From assembly GCA_052327205.1 (NCBI GenBank), contig CM126215.1:121272001-121336000 (forward strand): a stretch of DNA of 64,000 nucleotides. Direction: 5' to 3'. Below, in pieces: positions 36,891 to 49,103 of this stretch. The notes below the pieces were generated by a model. That model saw only the letters and a list, made by a program, of their open reading frames with translations, made no database searches and had not been told where the DNA came from. The position numbers were made by a program, and so were the translations under genes. Every line of letters starts with the position of its first letter. Position 1 is the first letter of the stretch. The DNA is from Somniosus microcephalus (taxonomy: Eukaryota).

Positions 36891-37438
36891 TGGAATAGCC
36901 CGCTGCCTGGCCTCGCATGTGACGGACGACCACTTGGTGGAGGTACCAGAGAGCTGTGAGCAAGCACCGCAGCAACCCTCACTGCCTTTAGGAGGGAAAT
37001 GGAGAAAATAAAAAAATTACTGTTAAGAGGATTTAAAGGAATGCATAGATAATTGCGAGAAGTCTGCAGGACGCTGTTGGGTGCAATTATTCTCTAGCCT
37101 GACAAAGCTTTAGGAAGCTCACTCTTTAAGTAGGGCAGATGGAAGCTATGTTATTTTCATACTTGTAAACAAGCATGACTTCTGTAATGGTTACTCTCAG
37201 CTAACAGCGGGTGGAAGCCAATTAACATCGAGAGAACACAGCAGGTAGCGAGAGTAGCTACACTTTGAGAGAAGTTCGACAGCTCTGTTGTGGAGATTAG
37301 GAGTCTTTTTTAAGACGCGCTGCTCATTCTAATCTCCAGTAAATTGCCACAACAGACAGCAGCCACAGTGACCCGCAGTCGAGGCCCCTGATTGGAATTT
37401 TTTTCCCAATTTTCTCACCCGTTCAGTTAATTGTTATT

Positions 37439-38165
37439 GGCCCAGCTTTTACAGGGCCTATGACAGTGTATGCGCAGTGTCCGCGGCCGTAAGTGCCCCG
37501 CAAGTTCCGGGTCTCCGAGTGCACTGCGCATGTGCAAAAAACCCGGAACTTGCGGTCTGTCCGGGAAGTGGACATTCGCTGGCGGAGAGTCGGGCTATTT
37601 GCTATTTGCCCAACAACTGCCCAACGAATGCCCATAAAACCCTTACACCTTGTAAACCAGGCCTAGGGCCTTCTTTCACCAGCATAAGGCTTTGAATAAA
37701 TATTAAAATACATTTTTAAAAATCATTTAAACATTCAAATAACCTTTAAAATTAGTTTAGGTTATTTAAAAATGTTTACATTTATTTTTTCAAAAAATTA
37801 CATTTTTGTTTTAAATGTTTAATTAAATTATATCTTTATTAATTTTGACCGTGTGATGATTTATTTTTATTTGAGTTGTGTGAAAGTGTGATTTTTATGT
37901 GATTCCTATTCCTGATAATGGGGGTTCCGAATGTAAATGGAATCCCCATAAGCATAATGGGAATCCCACTTTGTGATTGGTTGGGCCGGTCCACGTGATC
38001 CCAGGGACGCTTGCGAACCGCCTGCGCCCCTGGGATATGTGGGCCTTTACGCAGGGCGTACGCTCGCAGGAGTCCGAAGATACGGAGGCACCAGGTAGGT
38101 GCGTACTTTTCTCGCGGATCGGAGGAATTCGCCCGCGGGGAGCCTCCGACTGCAATTTCAGGTCC
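37439..38165 (-). mobile_element. MITE family D
   Basis: Imperfect TIRs GGCCCAGCTTTT...AATTTCAGGTCC, TSD ATT/ATT; reverse-complement homolog of the 10758 copy. Confidence 0.85.
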
Positions 38166-38199
38166 ATTATGTACTAACAGTTTTTATTATTGTTAACAG

Positions 38200-38350
38200 A
38201 TCCGTGATGGGAGGATTGAGGTGAGGAGACAGAAGGGGAAATCTTCATTGCACATCAGGAACATCGAGCCGAGTGATTCAGGGGCGTATCACTGCGAAGC
38301 CACGAGTCCAATCGGACAAGACCAGAAGAGCATGCACTTGGATATTCAGT
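38200..38350 (+). CDS. NCAM2: NCAM2 coding exon (C-terminal half of Ig4)
   Basis: TACTAAC branch point at 38172, acceptor ttaacAG, donor GTAAGG. Translates [50 protein letters not shown](Y), matching recalled NCAM2 [20 protein letters not shown]...QKSMYLDIEY. 151 bp, phase 0 to 1. Confidence 0.95.
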
Positions 38351-39099
38351 GTAAGGACAGTCACTTAATGGCAGGGGACCTGCCTTTGCTCATTGCCTCT
38401 GCCATCTCAGCATTAAGGGTGGACTCAGTTTTAGTGTCATTTTTTTAATATTCATTCTCAGGACGTGGGCGTCGCTGGCAAGGCCAGCATTTATTGCCCA
38501 TACCTAGTTGCCCTGGAGAAGGTGCTGGTGAGCCGCCTTCTTCAACCGCTGCAGTCCGTGTGGTGAAGTTACTCCCACAGTGCTGTTAGAGAGGGAGTTC
38601 CTGGATTTTGACCCAGCAATGATGAAGGATCGGCGATATAATTCCAAGTTGGGATGGTGTGTGTGACTCGGAGGGGAACTTGGAGGTGGTGGTGATCCCA
38701 TGCGCCTGCTGCCCTTGTCCTTCTAGGTAGTGGAGGTTGTGGGTTTGGATTTCTGAATAAGAAATAATAATACAGATTTTGAATTTACCCAGAATTATGT
38801 TGGTTTTTTCAAAAGCCTCACTTAAAATTCTCCTTCCAGTGTAGCAAATTATTTTACTGTCTTATGCAAGTCCCTCTCTGTCATAGCCTTACTCCTGATG
38901 CCCTATGCTTAATCCTCTGCTTGGCACTTGCACAAGAGAAGACAAAATGAAGAAAGAACTTTTATTTATACAGTGCCTTTCACGGCCTCAGGACGTCCCA
39001 AAGCGCTTTACAGCCAATGAAGTACTTTTGAAGTATAGTCACTGTTGCAATGTAGGAAACACGGCAGCCAGTTTGAGTACAGCAAGCTCCCATGAACAA

Positions 39100-39537
39100 C
39101 AACATAAGAACATAAGAAATAGGAGCAGGAGTCGGCCATTTGGTCCTTCGAGCCTGCTCCACCATTCAATGATATCATGGCTGACCTTCTGGCTGATCTT
39201 CTACCTGATCTCCACTATCCTGCACTATCCCCATATCCCTTGATTCCCTTAATATTCAAAAATCTATCGATCTCTGCCTTGAATATACTCAACGACTGAG
39301 CCTCCACAGCCCTCTGGGGTAGAGAATTCCAAAGGTTCACCACCTTCTGAGTGAAGAAATTTCTCCTTATCTCAGTCCTACCCCTTATTCTGAGACTGTG
39401 ACCCCCTGGTTCTAGACTCCCCAGCCAGGGGAAAACATCCTCCCTGCATCTACCCTATCAAGCCCTGTAAGAATTTTGTATGTTTCAATGAGATCACCTC
39501 TCATTCTTCTAAACTCTCGAGAATATAGGCCTAATCT
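39100..39537 (-). mobile_element. CR1 3' fragment (preceded by a SINE/L2 tail at ~38950-39100)
   Basis: ORF RLGLYSREFRRMRGDLIETYKIL; (TTCTTATG)n tail. Confidence 0.8.
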
Positions 39538-39977
39538 AACAATGTGATAATGACCAGATAATCTGCTTATTTGCGATGTTAGTTTAGGTATTGAACTTAT
39601 TTTTGCCTGCCTCTCCCAATACTCAATACATTGGGATTCATAGGCCCAACTTGCCACCAAGCCTCCAGAATTGTCTTGGAGTTTCCAGAAATTAAAGATT
39701 AATCTCCTTGTGACCAACCTAGGAATAAACTCCATGGGGCAGAGAAAGAGATGTGTGAATCTTTCATTTTCTTTCAACTCTTTTGTTTATTAGTTCTAAA
39801 AGTATTGGCGATGGGGGAAGGAAGGCTGCTTGACTGGGCGGGCCAGTTGGAGACAGGAGGTCATGTGATAAACCTCCAGGAATCTGTCCAATCACAGCTG
39901 GCGACCCTACCCGTATTTAGCACTTTGTGACCAAGGGTGTTACCATCTCCTGTGCACAGGCTTTTAAAACCCAGAGA

Positions 39978-41277
39978 GGTGGGAATTTTTAACCCCAAAA
40001 AATGGGTGGTTTGGGGTCGGGTGGGAGGTTAAAGAGTTAAAAAAACAAATCCTGACCAGAACCCGCCTCCAGCCCACCCACTTCCAATTTTAGCGGAGGC
40101 GGGACTGGGGGGGGCGGGCAGTTTACATATTATAGTGAGGCTGCGTACCTCATTTGGAAGCACCATTTTGAATTGAACGCTGGCTGGCCGGGTTTCCCTA
40201 GCCTCAGGGATCCCGGCAGCTAAAGGAAGGCAAGGACTGCTGGACCCAGGAGGTAAGTGCCTTTCCATTTACCTGCTGGATCCAGTGTTCCTGCCTCGCC
40301 AATCCCCAGCGATCGAACACCACCCCATCCTTCTGATCTCCCCCCGAACTCCCCCCCCACCCTGAGGCCTCCGACACCCGCACCCCACGAGGCTTCCAAT
40401 CTCCAAACCCACCTCCGACCCCCCACGGCCTCTGACCCCACATCCAACCTCCAGCCCCTGACGTCACCGACGATCTGCAGCCCCCAACCGCCCAACAACC
40501 ATCCAGCCCCAATCTCCCCTCCAACAATCTGAGCCCCCCAACCTCCACTCTAGCGATCCAGCCCCTGACCTCGCTTCCAATGATCTGAACCCCCCCGACC
40601 CCCCTCCAATGACCTCCACCCCCCGACCTCCCCTCCAACGATCACCAGCCCCCGACCTCCCCTCCAATGGTCTCCAACCCCTGACCTCACCTCCAACGAT
40701 CTCCACCTCCCCGACCTCCCCTCCAATGACCTCCAGCCCCTGACCTCGCTTCCAATGATCTGAACCCCCCGACCTCCCCTCCAACGATCTCCAACCCCTG
40801 ACTTCCCCTCCAACGATCTCGAGCCCCCGACCTCCCCTCCAACGATCTCCAACCCCTGACCTCCCTCTAACGATCTCCAACCCCTGACCTCCCCTCCAAT
40901 GATCTCCAACCCCTGACCTCCCCTCCAACGATCTCCAACCCCTGACCTCCCCTCCAACGATCTCCAACCCCTGACCTCCCCTCCAATGATCTCCAACCCC
41001 TGACCTCCCCTCCAACGATCACCAACCCCTGACCTCCCCTCCAACGATCAAGATCCCTCCCTCCCTCCTCTCTGCAGCCTGGTGCCCCAGGCCTACCTGC
41101 CCGATAGCCAGCCAGCCTCTCCATCTGGCTGGCTGCAGGCAGGAAACAGAGAATCAAAATACTAATCAGGCCCTGCCATTAAATTCGGCAGGGCCTGAGG
41201 GAATCCCGTTCTCTGAGATTTCCCAACTGTTTTCCAGCGGCCCCCTCCCTACCCACCTCCGAATTAAAATTCCGGCC
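39978..41277. mobile_element. MITE family C containing an expanded minisatellite
   Basis: Arms shared with 27518-28098 (AATTTTTAACCCCAAAAA... and ...TAATCAGGCCCTGCC...TTAAAATTCCGGCC). Confidence 0.75.
40500..41050 (+). repeat. 29-bp minisatellite CCCCTGACCTCCCCTCCAACGATCTCCAA
   Basis: Directly visible tandem array, near-perfect at 40850-41050 and degenerate toward the left. Confidence 0.92.
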
Positions 41278-41789
41278 TTAGTGTCACCGAACTGCTGCTC
41301 CTGACTGACCCCTTTTCAACCTTGGTTGATGTTCTTCATTATTTGCCTCGGCCCTTCACTTCGTTTAACAGTTAAACAGTGCTGTGTTTCACGAAGCCTA
41401 GCTTCTGGAATGATCTTCATCGGGACTTCACCAACGCCAGCATCCCCTGAGCAGTATGGAGGGAGGAGGAGGAGCGGATGAATTTCTGCTTCTGTGCTCC
41501 GAACCCACACGGGAAGCACATCTGGTGAAATTGTTTACCTCCAGCCCGTGATCTTAATTTCAATCGATGAAAAACCACGGCCTGTGGCTGTGCAGTTTCT
41601 CAATAAGCTCTGATGACACGTGTGAGGAGCACAACATCAAAATTTTAGCCCATAATTCATGCTTTTCCCGTAATGCTGTGTTGTTTGTACTTTTCGAATG
41701 GAAGGTTTGCCGATTCCAAGCCAAAGTGACTCTATTTTTCTGACCTGCCTTCTGATTTTCCTCCGCTAATTTCTTCCTTTCTCCCTCAG

Positions 41790-41977
41790 ATGCGCCCAAG
41801 TTTCTCTCAACCCAGGTGACCTACTACTCATGGGAAGGGAATTCCGTCAACATCAGCTGTGACGTCACAGCCAACCCTCAGGCCTCCATCCACTGGAGAA
41901 AAGAAGGCGTTGTCCTCTCGGACTTAAATACGTCTGACGTCAGCATTTACAAGAAGGGGACCAAGATCCTCCTGGAG
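41790..41977 (+). CDS. NCAM2: NCAM2 coding exon (Ig5, N-terminal part)
   Basis: Long polypyrimidine tract then cAG, donor GTGGGT. Translates (Y)APKFLSTQVTYYSWEGNSVNISCDVTANPQASIHWRKEGVVLSDLNTSDVSIYKKGTKILLE, matching recalled NCAM2 YAPKF...YYSWEGNPINISCDV. 188 bp, phase 1 to 0. Confidence 0.95.
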
Positions 41978-44117
41978 GTGGGTGTGGGGCTTTGCAAGGG
42001 CCCCAGTTGGAATAAAGCAGGTGCCTAGTGTGATCAGGATGAACTCTTTCACCACTTAGGCTTCCTTTGCCCCACCATTAGCGGCCGTGGCTTCAGCTGC
42101 CTTGGCCCTAAACTCTGGAATTCCCTCGCTTAGCCTCTTTACCTCTCACTCCTACTTTAAGACGCTGCTTAAAACCTACCTTCAACTGTCCTAATGTCTC
42201 CTTATGTGGCTCGGTGTCAAATTTTGTCGGATAAGGGCCCTGCGATGTGCCTTGGGACATTTTTACGATGTTAAGGGCATTACATAAATGCAAGTTGTTG
42301 TTAGGTCGGCATTTGGCTTTCTCTCAACTGTAGTTCCCAGGTGTAGAGTGGGACACAGTTTGAAGAAAGGCACATCTTTAGACCCTACATTGTTTATCCT
42401 CTGACTGGCTTCTTTACTTGGCATGGCCGATGAGGTCAGGAACCAGCCAATGAACTTGGGCACATGTAGCGCCTTGCCCGCCAGTTGGGCACACCGGGAA
42501 ATCGCGGGCAGTGCTTGCAACTTCCCAATGCGTACAAGTGAAAGGTTGAGGCTCCCCACGAGCAACTCACGCTGAGAAAATGATCTCATGAACACAAAGC
42601 CCAGAGGACTGACTGTAGAAAATCGCAGTCCCGCCAGGGACCTTCGACTGCTGGGAGTGCACGGTGGGAATTATGGGCCGACACATTTTCCATCCATTAA
42701 ATGTATGGATTGAAAAATCACAGGGAATGTGCCTGCAATTTGGCAATGTGTGTCCGGGAGGGTGAAGCTGCCAGGTGCCTGTGTCTGTACAATGTTTTCT
42801 TCAGACCTATCATTGAGGGGCTTCACAAGGTGTGCCTTGGATTTGCAGCTAATGCGATGTGGAGTCTCTGGTTCTTCACAGTTATGGTTCCAAATAGTTT
42901 TATTTTGCCTGGAACTTTATAATAATTAACAATTAAAAATTGAACCATAGAGTCTTACAGCACAGAAGGAGGCCATTCGACCCATCGTGCCTGTGCCGGC
43001 TCTTAGAAAGAGCTATCAAATTAGTCCCACTCCCCTGCTCTTTCCCCAGAGCCTAGCAAATATTTACTTTTACATTATTTATCCAATTCCCTTTTGAAAG
43101 CTATTGTTGCATCTTCTTCCACCACCTTTTTTTCAGGCCTTGCATTCCAGGTCATAGCAACTCGCTGCGTAACAAAAATTCTCATCTCCCCTCTGGTGCT
43201 TTTGCCAATTATCTTCAATTGAAGAAATAATTACTAGTCCTAGCTCTTTTTGGGCTACCCCAGATCTGGTGTATTCCCCAGACGTTCACCTTCAACTAAA
43301 GTTAGAGATAGCCGAATTCTATAAGACACTTAATTGGGTCTAAAGCTCCAGGCTATCTCTCCCTAAAGGAAAGGAACGACTGAAGATGTTACCATGCTCC
43401 GGATAGCACTTTTAATAAGTTTAACTAGACTGTAACCTTCGGAATATTATGAGGGTCCGGAAAACTCCCTCAGAATTCTGCAACTCCTTACAAAAGAGTG
43501 TATAGAAATTGAGTTTGCGAGTTTGATACAGAAATACTACTTGAGACAACTCTAAAAATATATAGATTTATTTAAGAGCCGACATACAGTTAACAGCTTG
43601 TGAGTCAATCGCAACTTTAACAGTTCAATATACAAATAGCATACATTTCTTTTTCTCAGAGATCCTTATTCTCAAATCTTAACTTTGTACATTTTTACAT
43701 TTCTTATTCTTAATTCTAATCCAGAATATCTACCAAAATCAAATTAAATGTACCTTGATCCCCAAGACTCAGAGTTAAAAACTTACAGAGCGTGCCTCTG
43801 AAGTTGAGAGTCACTTTGCCCCTTTCCAGCGACTTCTGACTGTCTATCTGAAAAGCTCTATTTTTATACCTTTTTTTGTGGTATATTCTTTGAAGTTTTC
43901 TGCTGATGTAAGCTAATTATCTCCAGTCATCTTCCTGTTGACTTCTTTCTATTCTTACTATCATTTCAGCTGCCAACTCTCAGACTTCTGTCTGTTGTTT
44001 AGGTGTTTCAAAAACTTATCATAAAACAATATGACAGTAGTATTTATTTGATGTCATTCTTATCGAAGGTCTTCCATTCAATTTCTAAATCACCTCTGCT
44101 GTTTGAAAACAGACGTC

Positions 44118-44960
44118 GGGCTGGATTTTCATTGAGGAGTCGGGTAGGAGGTGGGACTACAACTTTTGGGGTTGTAGTCCCCCCTCCATCGAGTTCTAGC
44201 CAACCCATGCGATTTTGACTTGATTGACCTTGTTGAGCCCGCCCAGTGGGCTCAGCAGGCCAATTAAGGGCCACCCGGCAACAGGTGACGTCACAGATTG
44301 ATATTTCATCTGTCAAGACCTTTTGACAGATGAAATATCAGCGTTTCACAGCTGTTTGAAGCTGTCAAACACTGACAATCTGTACTCCAGGTTAATTCCT
44401 TCCTCTCAGGATGATTCAGAGATCTCCCCAGAACAGAAAGCTGAATACTGGAACTTTTGACAGATCGCGGCCATTCTGTTTTCTGTGCTGGTGAGATGAG
44501 GGACTCCCGAGACCTGAAGGAAGGAAGGCTGTAAAGGTAAGTAAATGTAAGTACAACTTCTTTAAACACTTTACACACAGCAAACACACTTACCTTTGAA
44601 CTCATGCACCCGTCACTCACCTGAAGACCGGACATCTCGACCCCTCCAACCCTTCGTCCCAACGGCCCGCCTTGCTAACTTGGCATGGTTTGGAGCCGTT
44701 GGGAATCCCACATTTCAACAATGAAAATAGGGATTAGGTTAAAAACTGCCTGTTAACTACCTGTTAACAGGCAGTTAATTGGCACTAAACCCCTTCCTGC
44801 CTCGGGGAGGCGGGTCCAATTGCGGGTCGGGTACCCGCCTCCTTTGAAACTGGCATGGAGGCGGGTTGGGGGCGGGATGGGTTCGTGCCCCCCGATTTCA
44901 GGATTTTATCATCCCGCACGCCTCCAATCCCGTCTCCATGGCCCAATGAAAATCCTGTCC
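44118..44960 (-). mobile_element. MITE family B
   Basis: GGGCTGGATTTTCATTG...CAATGAAAATCCTGTCC; flanks GTC/ATC; reverse-complement homolog of 52934. Confidence 0.85.
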
Positions 44961-45241
44961 ATCGTGTCTACTAACTGTTCCAAGTTCAACAGAAACACAA
45001 TGTGATTGCTTGGTGCATCTATTGAAGTCCTATCTTCAAAGTGTTCTGTTGGTACTTTTTACAATATGTAAATCAAAACCACTTCAACTAGGGTGTTTGT
45101 TTTCCTAGCCATCTTAGTTGGTTATATTACATTGTGTTTCCTGTTTCATTTGATGTTACTTTTACAAAGGCACATGGTTTTTTAATATTCTGTGTTCCTG
45201 TTCGAAGTGTCAGTTTTTAACACTTCGAACAGGAACACATT

Positions 45242-45927
45242 GGCCTAGAAATTGAGTTTTGGCGCAGCCAGGGCTTTAGCGCCGGAAGTTAGTGCTGGAG
45301 CTAAGTCGCGCTGGTCGGGCCCAAAATTCAATAGTTCTGCGCCCAAACGGCTGCCGGCGCTGCTGAGAGCTGTTTGCGCCTGAAAACTGGCGCTACGCGC
45401 TGAATTTCGGCGCTACTCCGGCGCTGCGGCGCCCGCTGCGGTGCGGCAGGTTCGGGAAGTGCAGGCCTCCTCCTTCCCTTAAGGAGGAGCTGGCTGCACC
45501 CGGCCGCGGCCCGCGAAAATCTTTTTAAAAATGAGCCCGGCACCTCGGACAAGTGCCGGGCTTGCTTCTGTTCCGGGGGGGAGGGGGGGGAAGTCCGGGG
45601 AGGGAGCTGCGGCCAGGCGGCCGGCGGGAAAGCGGCCGGCCGCCGCGGGGCCTTTAATGCGCCGGCGCAAAGTCATGTAAGACTCTGTTGCCAGAGTCTT
45701 AGTTGCGGCTGCCACGGGCGAGGCGGCCGCAACTGAATTTCGGCGCTGGGGCCCGTCGGCATGGCAACCGGGACGCTGCGCACACCGATGACGTCATCGG
45801 TGCCGGCGCAGCGCTACCGGTGCAACGCCGCTTTAGGGCCCCAGGGAATTTTTGAACTGGCCATAACTCTGGCGCTAGTCCCTCTAGCGCCTCAAAAGCG
45901 GCGCTAAGGCAACTCAATTTCTAGGCC
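45242..45927. mobile_element. MITE family A
   Basis: Perfect TIRs GGCCTAGAAATTGAGTT...AACTCAATTTCTAGGCC, TSD ATT/ATT. Confidence 0.9.
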
Positions 45928-46599
45928 ATTGTGTTTCTCCCAAACTCCAGACCTTCTGGAAGCGCCAAACTGCTATTTCAATAGGGCCATTGTTTTAGTA
46001 TTTTTAACCAATTCCCAGTTCAAAAGCTTGTGTGTTAACACTTCATCTTATCTCAGAGCCTGTTTGCACAGCTTGTGTCATTGAGACTTTAGATTTTTAA
46101 ACCCAGTATGTCATGTTTTAATAATATCAGAATTCTGTTCATATGCTGGTGTATTTTTCTGAAATATGGCTTATTCCTTCACATGGTTACCGACCCTCCC
46201 ATCAGTGGAAACAGTTTCTCCTTATCTATGCTATCAAAACTCCATGTAATTTGGAAACCCTCTATTAAATCTCTTCTTAACCGTCTCCACTCTAAGGAGC
46301 TTCTCTAGTCTCTCCACATAACTGAAGTGTGGACCAAAATCTGCATCTTTGGTCCGGGACTTGCCTTCCTCCTAACTTGTTTTTTGTTCCACTGCACTGT
46401 GACACTCAGTAACAACAACTTCCATTTATAGAGCACGTTTAACGTAGCAAAATGTCCAAGACTCTCAAACTCTAACTTCTCCTCCCACTGCCCCATCATT
46501 TCACTCTATCAGTCCCTGGGCACCAACATTATCTGCCTTACTCGGGCTAATTGCAGCATTGTGTAGGTAAGCTGGATGTATAAGTGAGTTGGTAACTTC

Positions 46600-47075
46600 G
46601 GGCTGGATTTTACCAGCCCCGAGGAGGCGGGTTTGGAGGCGGGACTGCTGGCAAAATGGGAAAAATTGGGAGCAGGTCTCAACCCCGCTCCCAACCTGCC
46701 TCCGAACCATCAGGCAGAGATGACAGAATGGCTGCCGCATTCTCAGATGCAGCAACCATCTGCTTTCTGCTGAGGAGAGAGGTCTTGCTGAGCCTTCTGT
46801 GCAAGGGCTCACGGTAGAACCGAGATTGTCAGTGTTTGACAGCTTCTCAGAGCTGTCAAATGCTGACAATTCATCTGCCAAAAAATTTTCGACAGATGAA
46901 ACGTCATACGCTGACGTCCTCTGTCACCGGCTTTCCCTTAATTGGCCGGTAAGGGCTTAACAAGGTCAATCAAGGGAAAATAGCATGGATTGGTCAGACA
47001 TCGTTGAGGGCGGGACTGAAACCCGAAAACCAGCAGTCCCACCTCCAACGCGCCCCCATTGACAAAATCCAACCC
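46600..47075 (+). mobile_element. MITE family B, shorter deletion derivative
   Basis: GGGCTGGATTTT...AAAATCCAACCC; keeps the internal TTTGACAGCT/AGCTGTCAAA hairpin. Confidence 0.8.
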
Positions 47076-47481
47076 GGTCTCTGTGTGGAATTCCATGGTG
47101 TCTGCTTAGCAACTTTCCCAAGACCACACAACGGATATTGAGAGCCTTACATGAAGGAGGACTGGGAACATAAACCTCTAGACCGCCACTGCATAGCACA
47201 GCTCATCAGCACTCTGGCCTACTGTTAATTCAAAATGTGTATAGAAGTTAACTGGTCCATGCCAGTGTTGTGCCCCACACGAGCCTCCTCACCACCTCTC
47301 TTTGTCTAACTATCAGCATAACCTTCTATTCCTTTCTCCCTCCCGTACTTATCTAGCTTCCCCTTAAAGACATCTCTACTAATCGCCTCAACTACTCCAT
47401 GTGGTAGCGAGTTCCTCTATGGGGAATTAGCCTGGACACAATGCCTAGGGTCAAACAAGATTGGGTTCTTGTGTGAGGTCT

Positions 47482-47622
47482 GTCAGTGCCCTGTGGAACC
47501 ATACCCCGGCAATAGTCAGTGCCCTGTGGAACCATACCCCGGCAATAGTCAGTGCCCTGTGGAACCATACCCCGGCAATAGTCAGTGCCCTGTGGAACCA
47601 TACCCCGGCAATAGTCAGTGCC
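47482..47622 (+). repeat. 33-bp perfect tandem repeat x4.3
   Basis: GTCAGTGCCCTGTGGAACCATACCCCGGCAATA at 47482, 47515, 47548 and 47581, plus a 9-bp partial copy. Confidence 0.97.
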
Positions 47623-48039
47623 TTTCATAAAGGAAGGGGGGGAAGGTGGTGAGACAAAAGAAGCATGCAGTAGGACCTCTTAATGAAAGTACTTCCACTT
47701 TCAAATGTAAAGAAAATGAATAAATCAACTGTTCTGTGTAAATTTGATTTTGGTCCAGCTAAGTGGAATGCATTAGGCATGAATGGGCTCTTTGATCTCC
47801 ACCTGTGAGAGCTCTCACCATTAATGGAGCGTCTCTCTGAGATTAATAGCTCAACCTCAGGTAATGCAGAGGCAACATCCAATCTTGCCTTTACTTTTCT
47901 GTTAAAACTACGCTTAAATATATCTCTTTTTTTTGGGAGCTGGAAGGTGTAAGTAGGCATAAACACAGAACACCTTAGAGATTGTTGCAAGTCATTACTA
48001 GCAACCCATGTATGAACTGTCCGAATGTTGAGACACTGT

Positions 48040-48614
48040 GGGGGAAAAATTGGGTCGGTTTGCGCCTCTTGTTAGCGCTAACGGGGTGCAATTCCCCGAG
48101 CACCCGGGCGTGGCGCCGCTAACGCCTCCCGCGAAATTCAGCGGGAGTTTAGCGGTGGCGTTAGCCGGTAGAGCCCCATGCCGCTGCGCTGCCGGCGATG
48201 ACGTCATCGCCGTGCGCAGCGCCCCGCTTGCGCCCTGGCCGCAAACTTCCCTTGCGCCCCCTGAACTATCGCCGGACAGTATGTCTGACTGGGTCAAGGG
48301 GCGTTTTTGCAGCGGCAGCGGCGCTACTTAAAGGGCAGGTATCGGGCGACCATTTTTATTTTGCCCGACTGCCAGCACCTGTCCCCATTTTACGCGGGGT
48401 GTCGGCCGCAATCGCTCAGCCCGGCACTCCTCTTGAGTGCCGGGCTGTTTTCACGGGACCCCGCTCCCCGCTGGTCCAGCAGGTTCCCCGGTGCGCTACT
48501 GGAAAGCACTCCGCCTCCTGCTTGGGGCGCTACTACTGAATTTACGGCGGGGGGGTGGGGGGGCGCCCCAGCGACGTTAGCATCCCAAAATGGGTGCCAC
48601 CCAATTTTTCCCCC
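48040..48614. mobile_element. MITE family A
   Basis: TIRs GGGGGAAAAATTGGGT...ACCCAATTTTTCCCCC, TSD TGT/TGT. Confidence 0.88.
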
Positions 48615-48654
48615 TGTATTTATAACCATCTCAGTTGTGTCCATTGGTAGTGCG

Positions 48655-49103
48655 AAGAAAGAGAAAGACTTGCATTTCTATAGCACCTTTCACAATCTCA
48701 GGACGTCCCAAAGCGCTTCGCAGCCAATGATGTACTTTTGAAATGTAGTCACTGTTGTGATGTAGGATACACAGCAGCCAAATTACACACAGCAGGATCC
48801 CACCAGATAATCTGTTTTTAGTGATGTTGGTTGAGGGATAAATATTGGCCAGGACACCAGGGAGAACTCCCCTGCTCTTCTTCGAAATAGTGCCGTGGGA
48901 TTTTTTACGTCCACTTGAGAGGGCAGACGTGGCCTCGGTTTATGGTCTCCCCCCCACCTCCTCCCCATCAGGGCAGCACTCTGTCAGTACCCCACTGTCG
49001 TGTCAGCCTAGATTTTTGTGCTGAAGTCTCTGTTGTGGGACTATAAACCCACAGCCTTCTGAATCAGAGGCGAAAGTACTACCCACTGAGCCACAGCTGA
49101 CAC
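48655..49103 (-). mobile_element. tRNA-derived Deu-domain SINE (SacSINE1/DeuSINE-like)
   Basis: Head TGGCTCAGTGGGTAG, central ...cactatttcgaagaagagcaggggagttctccctggtgtcctggccaatattt... and an L2-type tail. Confidence 0.75.

Larger units (their letters stand above)
43220..46181. mobile_element. Large AT-rich LTR-like insert hosting two MITEs
   Basis: Starts TGAAGAAATAA and ends TTATTCCTTCA (11-bp terminal inverted repeat, 1 mismatch, TG...CA). It interrupts a - CR1 that resumes at tggttaccgaccc. No clean TSD. Confidence 0.55.

Noticed and set aside
40204-41157. Gly/Arg-rich repetitive ORFs
   Set aside because: They are translations of the 29-bp minisatellite; the unit is not a multiple of 3 and the same peptide cycles through all frames.
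4063-41977. NCAM1 as the gene identity, or a VASE micro-exon in intron 27199-38199
   Set aside because: The peptides match recalled NCAM2 motifs (VQPHI..LKNET, YYSWEGN, QKSM.LDI) better than NCAM1. I saw no VASE-like 30-nt exon, though a manual scan could miss one.
47482-47622. CRISPR-like array (33-bp repeats)
   Set aside because: The repeats are contiguous with no spacers, there are no cas genes, and the context is a vertebrate intron.
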